The notes under the pieces are model-generated. The model did not search any database. It had not been told where the DNA came from and was given only the letters and a program-made list of their open reading frames with translations. From positions 194,193 to 258,192 of the forward strand of contig CAWIQP010000007.1 of assembly GCA_963838285.1 (NCBI GenBank): a DNA stretch of 64,000 nucleotides, in the 5' to 3' direction. Numbering within the stretch: the stretch's first letter is position 1; the number at the start of each line of letters is the position of its first letter. Position numbers and translations under genes: made by a program. This stretch comes from an uncultured Chloroflexia bacterium (GTDB lineage: Bacteria; Chloroflexota; Limnocylindria; Limnocylindrales; CSP1-4). Of the stretch, positions 1-9,556 are shown piece after piece.

Positions 1-275
1 ATGAACGTTTCGACGACGGACGCGAGCGTCTCCTGGCGGGCCGCCCTTTTCAACTTCGGCGCCCGCATCCCGGTGGCCGTCACTCTGACCTGGCTGTACA
101 TGCGGCGCCGGTCGATCCTCGCCTCGGGGACGCTTGCACGTCGCATACAACGGTCTGATTACCCTGATCTCGTTCCTCTGAGAGCCTGTGCTGGAGAACG
201 CCGTCTCTTTCGGGCCAAGGCGGCGACAGTCATCATGTGAGACGAGGACGTAGTTGGGGAGCCGAGGGGAAGCCG

Positions 276-635
276 ATGAACGAGATCGCCACCGCCGAGC
301 CGGACGCACGCGGCAGAGGAATCGCGCGGAGACCCGCAGCGCGCATCCTCGTCGCGATATCGCTCGTGATCGCCGTGGTGTCGGGCGGGTGGCTTCTTGC
401 CGGAGATCTCAGGGCCGAGAGCCTTGCTCGCGACTACTTCTCACATGCGCACGGCGCGGCGACGGTAGCGAACGTAAGCGTGGAGTCCGTTTCACCTGCG
501 ATCCCGCCGTTCTGGGCAGTGAGGATCGGCGGCGATGTCATCGAGGCTGGGACAACCACGCCGGCGTATCGCTCCTACATGACCCTCTGGGTCGAGCCGT
601 TCACGGGCTTCGTGTTCGTGAACGGCGCCGGATGA
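276..635 (+). CDS. hypothetical small membrane-anchored protein (single N-terminal TM helix)
   Basis: ORF 237..635 in the table; probable ATG start at 276 (MNEIATAEP...). One hydrophobic helix (ILVAISLVIAVVSGGWLLA). No recognisable family. Confidence 0.3.
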   Translation: MNEIATAEPDARGRGIARRPAARILVAISLVIAVVSGGWLLAGDLRAESLARDYFSHAHGAATVANVSVESVSPAIPPFWAVRIGGDVIEAGTTTPAYRSYMTLWVEPFTGFVFVNGAG

Positions 636-907
636 CAGCCATCCGCCACTCCGCCGGCTCGGCCCGGAGACGCGCGAACAAGCAGGCGACGCCGGCGACT
701 TCGCGCCGTGTCGGCGCGCCCGGCCGCTCCGGGATCGGCGGCCGTCGCGGAAGTCTCCGATAAGCCGAAGTTGGGCCGCCGGTAAGCGGCGCGTCGTAGG
801 CTCCCGTCGTTCCCGGAGCCCGACGGCGGGGGAATCGGCGGGCTCCGTCGTTCGGCTCCGGGAGCAGTCGCGTCCAGCCGTTCGCCGCCGTCGGAGGATG
901 CGATTCG

Positions 908-1672
908 GTGAGTCGGCCGGATGGGCGGGTCGTGGGGTCCGAGAATCGGCGAGAGCCGCGGGCCGCGGCAGAGCGCCCCGTCGGCGCGACGGGGTACCTC
1001 CCTGAGCGCGAACGACCGCGGGAGCGCCTGGCCCTGCACGGCGCCGGAGCGTTGAGTGCCGCGGAGCTCATCGGCGTGCTGTGGGGATCCGGAACCCAGG
1101 GCCACTCCGCCGTGGACGCGGCCGCGGACGCCCTCCGCCGCCACGAGAATCTGGTCGGTCTCGCTCGCGCCACGGACGTCGAGCTCGAGGCGGTGCCGGG
1201 GGTCGGGCCCGTGCGGGCCGCGCAGCTGAGCGCCGCTTTCGAACTGGGCCGACGGGTCGTGACCGACTGGCCGCAGGGCCGCTGGACGGTTCGAGCGCCA
1301 CGCGACGTCGGCGAGAGACTCGTGCCGCAGATGGGCTACCTGGAGCGGGAGGAGCTTCGAGTCGTGCTGCTCAACACTCGCAACGCGGTCATCCGCCAGG
1401 TGACGGTCTACCAGGGCAACGTCTCGTCGAGCCTGGTCCGCATCGGCGAATTGTTCCGCGACGCCATCCGCCTCAACGCGACGGGCGTGATCCTGGTTCA
1501 CAACCACCCTTCGGGCGACTCCACGCCCAGCCCGGACGACCTCCGTCTCACGGCCGAGGCGCTCGCCGCGGGCCGCCTGCTCGACATCCAGCTGCTCGAC
1601 CACCTGATCGTCGCCGGAGACGGATTCGTGTCGTTACGCGACCGCGGCGTGGCGTTCGATCGAAACGTCTGA
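908..1672 (+). CDS. radC: RadC-family JAB/MPN-domain protein (UPF0758)
   Basis: JAMM motif 'ILVHNHPSGDSTPSPDD' with N-terminal HhH-like region. Sits immediately upstream of mreB, a conserved radC–mreBC arrangement. Confidence 0.8.
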   Translation: MSRPDGRVVGSENRREPRAAAERPVGATGYLPERERPRERLALHGAGALSAAELIGVLWGSGTQGHSAVDAAADALRRHENLVGLARATDVELEAVPGVGPVRAAQLSAAFELGRRVVTDWPQGRWTVRAPRDVGERLVPQMGYLEREELRVVLLNTRNAVIRQVTVYQGNVSSSLVRIGELFRDAIRLNATGVILVHNHPSGDSTPSPDDLRLTAEALAAGRLLDIQLLDHLIVAGDGFVSLRDRGVAFDRNV

Positions 1673-2031
1673 GCCGGGACTGCCGGTCGGTCGCGGCAGT
1701 TCGCCTGTGTCGGTCATGATCTATCGCGGCCGGCGCAGTCTCCAGGGAGGCACGGCGAACGCCCTGCCGCCGTTTGCGAGGGCGCGGTAAACTGCCGCAG
1801 CCCGCCGAGTCGGCTCGGCTGGCCAGGAGCCCGGACGTGATCGGGCGCGTATACTGCTTCAGCTTTCCATGATCGAAACGGGTTGAGTGAGCGCCCCGCA
1901 GAACGGATTGGGGCACGACCGTCACAATCCGAGGCCTCTGAGCCACTCGATCGTCCGAGTCTTCAGGCTGGTTGTCCCGTCCCCACTCTCGGGAGAGTCA
2001 GCGCCACGACAAGAAGGAACAGCCGCGAATC

Positions 2032-3090
2032 ATGTTCGGCTTGCACACCCTGCTCGGTCTGTTCTCCCGTGACATCGGGATCGATCTGGGCACGGCCAAC
2101 ACACTAGTCTGGGTTCGCGACCGCGGCATCGTCATCAGCGAGCCGAGTGTCGTCGCCCTCGAGGCGAAGACCAGGAAGGTTCTGGCTGTCGGCGCTGAGG
2201 CAAAGCGCATGGTCGGTCGGACTCCGGCCAGCATCATCGCGGTCCGACCGCTGCGCGACGGAGTCATCAGCGACTTCGACGTGACGCAGCAGATGATCGC
2301 CTACTTCGTCCGCAAGGTTCACGACCGGATCGGCATGGTGCCCCGTCCTCGGATGCTCCTCGGCATTCCCTCGGGCGTGACAGAAGTCGAGAAGCGCGCC
2401 GTCCGAGACGCGGCCATGAACGCCGGCGCTCGCTGGGCCGGACTGATCGAGGAGCCCATGGCGGCCGCGATCGGCGCTGGGCTGCCCATCAACGAGCCCA
2501 CCGGCAGCATGATCATCGACATCGGCGGCGGCACGACCGAGGTCGCGGTCATCAGCCTCGGCGGCATCGTCGTCTCGCGGAGCATCCGCATCGGCGGCGA
2601 CGAGATGGACGCCGACATCGTCGCGTACGCCCGCCGCGAGTACAACCTGTTCCTCGGCGAGCGCACGGCCGAAGACATCAAGATCGCCATCGGATCCGCC
2701 GCCCCGGGCGAGTGGGACGCCCAGCGCGTCACCCTTCGCGGCCGCGACCTGTTGACAGGCCTGCCGCGCAGCGTCGAGGTCGGGGGCGAGCAGATCCGCG
2801 AGGCGATCGATCCATCGTTGGCGCTCATCGTTGACACGATCAAGGACACGATCGAGGAGACGCCCCCGGAGCTGGTGGCCGACATCATGGACCAGGGCAT
2901 AGTCCTGGCCGGCGGCGGCGCCCTGCTGGCGGGTTTCGATCGCCGCATCGCCGAAGCCACTCAGATGCCGGTCCACGTAGCCAACGACCCGCTGACCTGC
3001 GTCGCGCGCGGCACCGGCGTGGTCCTCGAGGAGCTGGACCTGATGGAAGAAGTGCTGGTGGCGGACACGTACGCCCGCCCGGCGCGCTGA
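2032..3090 (+). CDS. mreB: rod-shape-determining actin homologue MreB
   Basis: MFGL...DIGIDLGTANTLVW...DIGGGTTEVAVISLGGIV matches the actin/MreB phosphate-1 and phosphate-2 motifs. ATG at 2032, preceded by a purine-rich RBS. Confidence 0.9.
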   Translation: MFGLHTLLGLFSRDIGIDLGTANTLVWVRDRGIVISEPSVVALEAKTRKVLAVGAEAKRMVGRTPASIIAVRPLRDGVISDFDVTQQMIAYFVRKVHDRIGMVPRPRMLLGIPSGVTEVEKRAVRDAAMNAGARWAGLIEEPMAAAIGAGLPINEPTGSMIIDIGGGTTEVAVISLGGIVVSRSIRIGGDEMDADIVAYARREYNLFLGERTAEDIKIAIGSAAPGEWDAQRVTLRGRDLLTGLPRSVEVGGEQIREAIDPSLALIVDTIKDTIEETPPELVADIMDQGIVLAGGGALLAGFDRRIAEATQMPVHVANDPLTCVARGTGVVLEELDLMEEVLVADTYARPAR

Positions 3091-3115
3091 CTGATCGAGT
3101 GGCCGGGGCGGCCGC

Positions 3116-4330
3116 ATGAACGCGATCACGGCGACTCGGCGGACGATCCGCAGGGAGTGGACGGCCTTCGGTGCCCTGCTGATCGTCAGCGTCGGCTTGA
3201 TGGGCATGTCCGGCACGCAGACGGCCCACGACATTCAGTCGGCCGCGAACTGGGCCGTGATGCCCGTCGAAACGTTCCTCAACAGCGCGGCGGACACGGT
3301 CGGTTCGTACTGGTCCGCTCTGACCCAGATCGACCGGCTGCGAACCGAGAACGAACAGCTGAAGCTCGAGAACCAGACTCTCCAGGAAGAGTTGGAGCGC
3401 GCTCCGGCCATTGCGAAGCTGAACGACGACTGGACGAAGATCACTTCCATTGCCTCGGGCGTGCAGTACCAGACGACGCCGGTTCGAGTAATCGTCCGGG
3501 ACGTCTCGGGAGTCAATCAGCGAACCCTGATCGTCAACAAGGGCAGCAACGACGGCCTCGTCGTGGACGAGGTGGTGATCGACGCCGGGGGAGCGCTTGT
3601 CGGCCGGATTCAATCCGTCGACGCCACCGTCTCGACCATCCTTCTCATCAGCGATCCGGCATCGGTCGTGGTCGGACGGGCGTACCTCGTCGGCACCGCC
3701 TCCGCGTCCGCGTCTCCGACGGCCGCCCCGTCCGCCGCCCCCGGCTCGGCAACCGGAACGGCCACGGGCACGATCAGCGGCACGATCAGCGGCCAGCTCC
3801 AGATGTCGAACATCGACGTCACCCCGGAGCAGTGCAAGACGCTCAAGGGCAAGTACGTGGTCACAGCCGGGGAGTCCCTTCCGGGCACGAACGACACGTC
3901 GCCCTTACCCGCCGGCTCTTCTGATCGGCACGATCACCGACGTCACGTGCGATCCCAACGCGGTCGTCCAGAGCGCGGTGGTCAGCCCCGCGGCCGAACT
4001 GAACGACGCCACGTTCCTGGCCGTGATCACCGACTACCAGGGCGGCTTCGGGCCGCCCATGCCGAGCGGCTGCCCTGGCATATCCGCGAGTCCGGGCAGT
4101 TCGGCGAGCCCGCGCGGCTCGGCCAGTCCGGGGACCTCCGCCGCCCCGGGCAGCTCCTGCGCCCCCGTCGGCTCCGCGTCGTCGTCGGTCGCGCCGCACC
4201 CAAACCGTCCGAGCACTGACGGCTCCGACGCGATCCCTCGCCGCCGGGCATCCGAGTCGCGCCCGGCGCGCGCGGCCCGGCCGGCGCACGGAGGCCGGCC
4301 GGCGCTGAGCGCCAAATCGAACCTGCTAAC
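3116..4330 (+). CDS. mreC: rod-shape protein MreC, interrupted by a +1 frameshift near 3906; 3' end uncertain
   Basis: N-terminal TM, coiled coil (LRTENEQLKLENQTLQEELERA) and MreC beta-domain in frame 2 up to about 3905. The conserved C-terminus (YPPALLIGTITDV...AVVSPAAELNDATFLAVITDY) continues in frame 3. The shift maps to a C homopolymer (tcgccc). A Ser/Pro/Ala-rich tail follows. Confidence 0.7.
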
Positions 4331-4359
4331 CTTGCAGCCTCGACGCCAACGGAGCCAGC

Positions 4360-5118
4360 TTGAAGGGTCTCGTTCTGGCGGGAGGCACGGCCACTCGCCT
4401 CTTCCCGCTCACCATCGTCACCAACAAACACCTTCTGCCGATCTACGACCGGCCGATGATCTACTACCCCATCGCCACGCTGGCGGGCATGGGGATTCGA
4501 GAGGTCATGGTCATCGTCGGCGGCAAGAGCGTCGGGGACGTGGTGGAACTCCTGGCCGACGGTGAGCACTTCGGCCTGCACCTGACGTACCGCTACCAGC
4601 GCGGAGCCTTGGGCATCGCCCACGCCGTCGGCCTGGCCCGCGACTTCGTCGGCGACGAGGCGTTCTGCTGCGTCCTCGGCGACAACGTCCTGCTGGGGCC
4701 GCCGCTGGCGGACGCGGCGCGCGAATTCGAGACCGGACCGTGGGGCGCGGGAACGCTGCTCTACGAGGTCGCCGATCCGGAGCGGTTCGGCGTCGCCGAG
4801 CTCGACGCGAGCGGGAAAGTCGTCGGCTTCGAGGAGAAGCCCGCGCAGCCGAAGTCCAACTTGATCCCGATCGGCGTGTACTTCCTGCGCCCGGATGCCT
4901 TCGGCGTCGTCGACCAGCTCGTCCCGTCCGGCCGCGGCGAGCTGGAAATAACCGACCTGCTGAACCACTACCTGCCCGGGCGCCTCTTCGCTCCCCGGTT
5001 CGAAGGCATCTGGACCGATGCCGGCACCGTCACTTCCCTGATTCGAGCGGCCGAACTGGCCGAGCAGGAATCGCGGGCCGGTCGCCTGGCCGCTCCACCC
5101 GCCAGGCCCGGCACGTGA
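4360..5118 (+). CDS. rmlA: glucose-1-phosphate thymidylyltransferase
   Basis: LKGLVLAGGTATRLFPLT...PIYDRPMIYYP is typical RmlA/RfbA. TTG start at 4360. Confidence 0.9.
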   Translation: MKGLVLAGGTATRLFPLTIVTNKHLLPIYDRPMIYYPIATLAGMGIREVMVIVGGKSVGDVVELLADGEHFGLHLTYRYQRGALGIAHAVGLARDFVGDEAFCCVLGDNVLLGPPLADAAREFETGPWGAGTLLYEVADPERFGVAELDASGKVVGFEEKPAQPKSNLIPIGVYFLRPDAFGVVDQLVPSGRGELEITDLLNHYLPGRLFAPRFEGIWTDAGTVTSLIRAAELAEQESRAGRLAAPPARPGT

Positions 5119-6206
5119 GCGAGTCCGGACCGCCGCGATTCCGCCGCCTGCTGGTGACCGGCGGAGCCGGCTTCATAGGGTCCTGCTTCGTCAGGGACAC
5201 GCTCGCCCGCCGCGACGGCACCAGGATCACCGTCCTCGACAAGCTGACCTACGCGGGCAACCGGATCAACCTGGCGCCCGCCGAGGCGGACCCCGAGCAG
5301 GCCGCGCGCCTCCGCTTCGTAGTCGGCGACATCGCCGACCCCGCGGCCGTGGCGCCGCTCCTCGCCGATGTCGACGCCGTCGTCAACTTCGCGGCCGAAT
5401 CCCACGTCGATCGTTCCATCCTCGATCCGGAGGCCTTTCTCCGCACCGACGTCATGGGCGTCCACATCCTCCTCGAGGCCTGCCGGGTCGAGCAGGAGCG
5501 GGCCGCGAAGGGACTCCGCGCCGCGGCGCCCAGGTTCGTCCAGGTCTCCACGGACGAGGTCTACGGCTCGGTCGAAACCGGCGAAAGCCGCGAGGACGAT
5601 CGGCTCGAGCCGCGCTCGCCCTACTCCGCGGCCAAGGCCGCCGGCGAGCTGCTGGCGCGCTCCTACTTCGTCACCTACGGCCTCGACGTGGTGATCACCC
5701 GCGGCTCCAACACGTACGGCCCCTACCACCATCCGGAGAAGCTGATCCCGCTCTTCATCACCAACGCCATGGACGACCAGAAGCTGCCTCTCTATGGCGA
5801 CGGCCTGCAACGCCGGGACTGGCTGTACGTGGCGGACCACGCCGGCGCGATCGGTCATGTTCTGGAACACGGGGCCGCCGGCGAGGTCTACAACGTGGCC
5901 GGCAACAACGAGCGCACCAACCGCGATGTCGTCACCGAGTTACTGACCCGGCTCGGCAAGCCGTGGTCGCTGGTGCGTCTGGTCGAAGACCGGCCCGGAC
6001 ACGACCGCCGCTACGCCATGGACAGTTCCAGGCTCGCCGCGCTGGGCTGGACGAACAGGATGCGCTTCGAGGACGGTCTGGCCGCGACCGTGGACTGGTA
6101 CCGGCAGAACCAGGACTGGTGGCGCCCCATCAAGTCCGGCGAGTGGGAGGCCTACTACCGTCGCCAGTACGAGGCCCGCCTGGCCGGCTCTCGAGAGGCC
6201 ACGTGA
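5115..6206 (+). CDS. rmlB: dTDP-glucose 4,6-dehydratase
   Basis: VTGGAGFIGS Rossmann motif, YSAAKAAGELL catalytic YxxxK, SDR-extended fold. GTG start at 5115 overlaps the rmlA stop. The N-terminal 125 aa of table ORF 4740..6206 is an alternate frame of rmlA. Confidence 0.9.
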   Translation: MSESGPPRFRRLLVTGGAGFIGSCFVRDTLARRDGTRITVLDKLTYAGNRINLAPAEADPEQAARLRFVVGDIADPAAVAPLLADVDAVVNFAAESHVDRSILDPEAFLRTDVMGVHILLEACRVEQERAAKGLRAAAPRFVQVSTDEVYGSVETGESREDDRLEPRSPYSAAKAAGELLARSYFVTYGLDVVITRGSNTYGPYHHPEKLIPLFITNAMDDQKLPLYGDGLQRRDWLYVADHAGAIGHVLEHGAAGEVYNVAGNNERTNRDVVTELLTRLGKPWSLVRLVEDRPGHDRRYAMDSSRLAALGWTNRMRFEDGLAATVDWYRQNQDWWRPIKSGEWEAYYRRQYEARLAGSREAT

Positions 6207-6222
6207 TCGGGGGTTTCCGCTG

Positions 6223-7224
6223 ATGCGCGTCGCCCTCACGGGAGCCGGTGGACGGCTGGGCAACGCCCTGATCGCCGCGCTGACGGCAGCCCCGTTCGTC
6301 GGCGAGGTGCTCGCCTGGGACATACCCGAGCACGACCTGGACGACCCGCTGTCGGCCGAGCGGCTGGTTTCCGCGCACCGGCCCGATATCGTCATCCACG
6401 CCGCCGCATGGACCGACGTGGACGGCTGCGCGCGGGATCCGGTCCTGGCCCTGCGCCGCAACGGAACCGCGGTCGGCGAGATGGCCGAGGCCTGCGTTCG
6501 GGCGGGGGCCGGCCTCCTGATGGTGTCGACCAACGAGGTCTTCGACGGTTCGCGCACGGACGGACGGCCCTACCGGCCGGCCGACGCACCCAATCCACCG
6601 AACCCCTACGGCGCGGCGAAGCTCGCCGGCGAGCAAGCGGCTCGGGCCGCGTACGGCGCGACCGGCGACGACTTCGCCGGCGCCGCGACGGTTTCCGCGC
6701 AGGCCGGAGCCGGCGCGGTCGAGGCCGAATTCGGCGCCGCGGCCGGGGCCGGGCGGATAGGCCTGGCTATCGTCCGGACGGCCTGGCTCTTCGGCCTCCC
6801 GGGCGCCGATTTCCCGCTGAAGATCATGGCAGCAGCGGAGGCCGCGCGCGCTTCCGGCTCGACGCTGAAGCTCGTGTCGGACGAGGTGGGCTGCCCGACC
6901 TACGCCGCCGACCTCGCGGGGGCGATCGTCGGTCTCGTGCGGGAGTGGGACCGGCCCGAGGGCCGAGGCTTCGCCGGCATCCACCACGTCGTCAACGCCG
7001 GTCGAGCGTCCCGGGCGGAGTGGGCTCGCGAAGTCCTGCGCCTCGCCGGCATCGACGTGCCGACCGAGGACGTGCCGATGACCACGTGGCCGCGACCGTC
7101 GAAGCCGCCCGCCTGGGGAGTCCTGGACCCGACGCCACTCCCCAAGGGTTTGCTGCGGCCGTGGCAGGATGCGACCGCGGAGTACTTGAGGCTGGCAATT
7201 CGAAGACCGGAGGCCCAGGGATGA
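6223..7224 (+). CDS. rmlD: dTDP-4-dehydrorhamnose reductase, with an Ala/Gly-rich internal insertion
   Basis: MRVALTGAGGRLG...STNEVFDG...PYGAAKLAGE matches the RmlD pattern. A roughly 35-aa A/G-rich insert (GATGDDFAGAATVSAQAGAGAVEAEFGAAAGAG) precedes the conserved IVRTAWLFG block. Confidence 0.8.
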   Translation: MRVALTGAGGRLGNALIAALTAAPFVGEVLAWDIPEHDLDDPLSAERLVSAHRPDIVIHAAAWTDVDGCARDPVLALRRNGTAVGEMAEACVRAGAGLLMVSTNEVFDGSRTDGRPYRPADAPNPPNPYGAAKLAGEQAARAAYGATGDDFAGAATVSAQAGAGAVEAEFGAAAGAGRIGLAIVRTAWLFGLPGADFPLKIMAAAEAARASGSTLKLVSDEVGCPTYAADLAGAIVGLVREWDRPEGRGFAGIHHVVNAGRASRAEWAREVLRLAGIDVPTEDVPMTTWPRPSKPPAWGVLDPTPLPKGLLRPWQDATAEYLRLAIRRPEAQG

Positions 7225-7805
7225 GTCATGAGGTGGCCGGTTCACGGCTGCGCGGCGTGCGCTACGGGCGCCTCAACGTCCTGGCCGACAGCCGCGGCTC
7301 CTTCGTCGAGATCTGGCGGGCTTCGGCCCTGGGCGAGCTGACCGCGGAAGAGACCGGATTGCCCGGGGCGCGCTTCGTCCAGGCCAACCTCTCGACCTCC
7401 GCGCCGGGCGTGCTGCGCGGGCTGCACTACCACCGCCGCCAGCTCGACTACTGGACCGTCGTGAGCGGCCGGGCCCTGGTTGCCCTCGTCGACGTGCGCC
7501 CCGTGCTGGCCGACCCTGAGGCCCACGCCCTGGTGGAGACGCGCGAACTGGGTCAGGGCGAGAACGTAACGATACCCACGGGCGTAGCCCACGGGTTCCT
7601 CGCGCTCGCGCCGCTGCAGCTTCTGTATCTGGTCACGAACGAGTACGACGGCAGCGACGAGCTGGGATTCGCCTGGGACGACCCGGCCGTCGGCGTGCCG
7701 TGGCCCACGCTCGCGGGCACGCCCGACGGGCGGCCGATCCTGTCTGATCGGGATCGCTCGAACCCGACGCTGGCCGAACTGGTGCGGAGTCTGCGCGTCG
7801 GCTGA
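7221..7805 (+). CDS. rmlC: dTDP-4-dehydrorhamnose 3,5-epimerase
   Basis: RGSFVEIWR...GVLRGLHYH...YWTVVSGRALVALVDVR cupin motifs of RmlC. ATG at 7221 overlaps the rmlD stop. The long table ORF 6408..7805 is an alternate frame of rmlD upstream of 7221. Confidence 0.85.
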   Translation: MSHEVAGSRLRGVRYGRLNVLADSRGSFVEIWRASALGELTAEETGLPGARFVQANLSTSAPGVLRGLHYHRRQLDYWTVVSGRALVALVDVRPVLADPEAHALVETRELGQGENVTIPTGVAHGFLALAPLQLLYLVTNEYDGSDELGFAWDDPAVGVPWPTLAGTPDGRPILSDRDRSNPTLAELVRSLRVG

Positions 7806-7976
7806 GGCGCCCGCCCGAGCCCATCCGCGACCTGACCCCGAGCGGCAGCGGCGACTCGAACCGTGTCGCGCATCCGGGGCCACTACCGCAGACGGCGTCG
7901 CTCGCTGTAGGCTGGCGCCAGCATTCGTTGCCGGCCGGCCCGGGAGGGTCGACTCACCGAAACGGAGAAGGACGAC

Positions 7977-8767
7977 ATGAGCGACGAGCCGGGCAGCAAG
8001 TCACAACCAGGGTCGGCAAGCGCGTCCGGCAGGCGCGGCCGGGCCGCGGCGGCCAGGCCGGCCGCCGGGGCTGAGCCCGGCGCCACAAAGCCGGCGGCCG
8101 GCAAACCACGGCAGGAGACGACCGGACACGCCGCACCGGCGGCCAGAAAGACGACCGCCCCCAGGGCCCGCCCGCCCGTGGAGCCGGTCGACGTCAAGAC
8201 GGCGGCCGCGGCGGTTCCGGCAGCCCAGGAGGCCGCGGCGGGGGGGTGGTTCCGGCAACGCTGGCCGGCGTGGCCAGAGCCCGCGTCGAGGCGACCACGG
8301 TATCAATACACCAGGGCGGCGCCGGTGAGGTTGAGGCCGAGTCGGTCAGCGTCACGCAGGGCGGCATCGGCGCCGCCTCGGCGGAGGACATCACGGTTTC
8401 CATGGGCGGCATCGGCCGCGCCCAGGCCGACGACATCGCCGTTCGACTCGGAGGAGTCGGCATCGCTCGGGGCGAACGCGTCTCGGTCGAGCTCGGCATG
8501 ATCGGCATGGCCGTCGGTGGCGACGTGTCCCTGACCCAGGGATATGCCCGGACGGTTCTCGCTCGCGACGTTCGGATCCGCCAGGGCGGCGCGCAGACTG
8601 TCCTCGCCGGCAACGTTTCCTTCGAGGGTCGGAGCGGCGCATTCCTGGTACTTGCCCGGAGAGTCGAAGGCAACGTGCGCACCGTGCTCGACTGGCGCGG
8701 AGCGCTCGCCGCCGGCGCGGCTATGGGCATCGTCATCGGGCTGCTGGCCCGACGCCGGCACGGCTGA
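7977..8767 (+). CDS. beta-helical repeat protein (bactofilin-like), probably one gene split by a frameshift at a G7 homopolymer near 8240
   Basis: ORF 7977..8501 has a basic Ala/Pro/Lys-rich disordered N-terminus. ORF 8246..8767 in another frame has about seven 15–17-aa repeats (V.V.QGG.G.A.A.D...) and a C-terminal hydrophobic helix (AAGAAMGIVIGLLARRRHG). The two frames meet at a 'gcggggggg' run. Confidence 0.5.
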
Positions 8768-8893
8768 GTCTCTCCACGCCCGCCGAAGGACGCCCGACCG
8801 CGTGCGCGGCGAGCCATCCGGTATACTCTGGAGCCGGCTGAGCGGCGTCCCGAGGATCCCTCCGCCAACTCCGATCCGCCACAGGAGTGCCTC

Positions 8894-9556
8894 GTGATCG
8901 ACCCCACGGCGAGGGTTCACGCGTCCGCAGAGCTCGAAGCCGACGTCACGGTCGGCGCCCGAACCAGCATCTGGAATCGGGCCGTGCTCCGGACGGGAGC
9001 CAGTCTGGGATCGGAGTGCATCATCGGCCGAGACGCCTTCATCGACGAGGGTGTCCGGCTCGGCGATCGGGTCAAGGTCCAGAACGGCGCCCTCGTCTAC
9101 CACGGAGTTACGGTCGGCAACGGCGTCTTCATCGGCCCGGGCGCGATCCTGACCAACGACCGCTACCCGCGCGCGGTTACCGCGACAGGCGATCTGGCGC
9201 GCGGTGACGACTGGACCGTCAGCCCGATCGAGCTCTGCGACGGCTGCTCGATCGGCGCCGGAGCCGTCGTCGTAGCCGGAACGAGGGTCGGCCGTTTCGC
9301 GACCGTCGGGGCGGGGGCGATCGTCACCCGCGACGTGCCGGACTACGCCCTGGTGGCAGGCAATCCAGCCCGCCGCCTGGGCTGGGTGTGCGCCTGCGGA
9401 ACTCGACTGACCGGCCCGACCGGCGCCAACGCCGTCCCCAATCCCTCCCCCGACGATCCGCTCGCCTGCAAGCGATGCGGCCGCGCATTCGCCTTCAACC
9501 CCGCAGCCGGCTCGCTCGTGGAGCGGCCGGCGACGAGCACAGGAGTCTCTGCATGA
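8894..9556 (+). CDS. hexapeptide-repeat (LbH) sugar N-acetyltransferase, WbpD/PglD-like, with a C-terminal Cys4 zinc-ribbon extension
   Basis: Left-handed beta-helix hexapeptide repeats (VGARTSIW..., IGRDAFI..., VGNGVFIGPGAIL, IGAGAVVVAG, VGAGAIV). C-terminus has CACG...(x17)...CKRCG. GTG start at 8894 with a CAGGAG RBS. Confidence 0.8.
   Translation: MIDPTARVHASAELEADVTVGARTSIWNRAVLRTGASLGSECIIGRDAFIDEGVRLGDRVKVQNGALVYHGVTVGNGVFIGPGAILTNDRYPRAVTATGDLARGDDWTVSPIELCDGCSIGAGAVVVAGTRVGRFATVGAGAIVTRDVPDYALVAGNPARRLGWVCACGTRLTGPTGANAVPNPSPDDPLACKRCGRAFAFNPAAGSLVERPATSTGVSA

Noticed and set aside
1-240. An ORF starting at position 1 (79 aa).
   Set aside because: It begins at the window edge and has no recognisable domain. 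In GC-rich DNA it could be a gene tail or spurious, so it is not reported as a feature.
575-3613. Long antisense or out-of-frame ORFs overlapping radC, mreB and mreC (for example 575..1603 −, 2104..3234 −, 2885..3613 −, 1081..1719 +).
   Set aside because: They are products of about 70% G+C (few stop codons). Their translations are Arg/Pro/Gly/Ala-rich low complexity. They fully overlap genes with strong homology on the other frame or strand.
6408-7805. A 465-aa ORF whose N-terminal 270 aa are Arg/Gly-rich.
   Set aside because: Only the last 195 aa (from the ATG at 7221) are RmlC. The upstream part is an alternate reading frame of rmlD.
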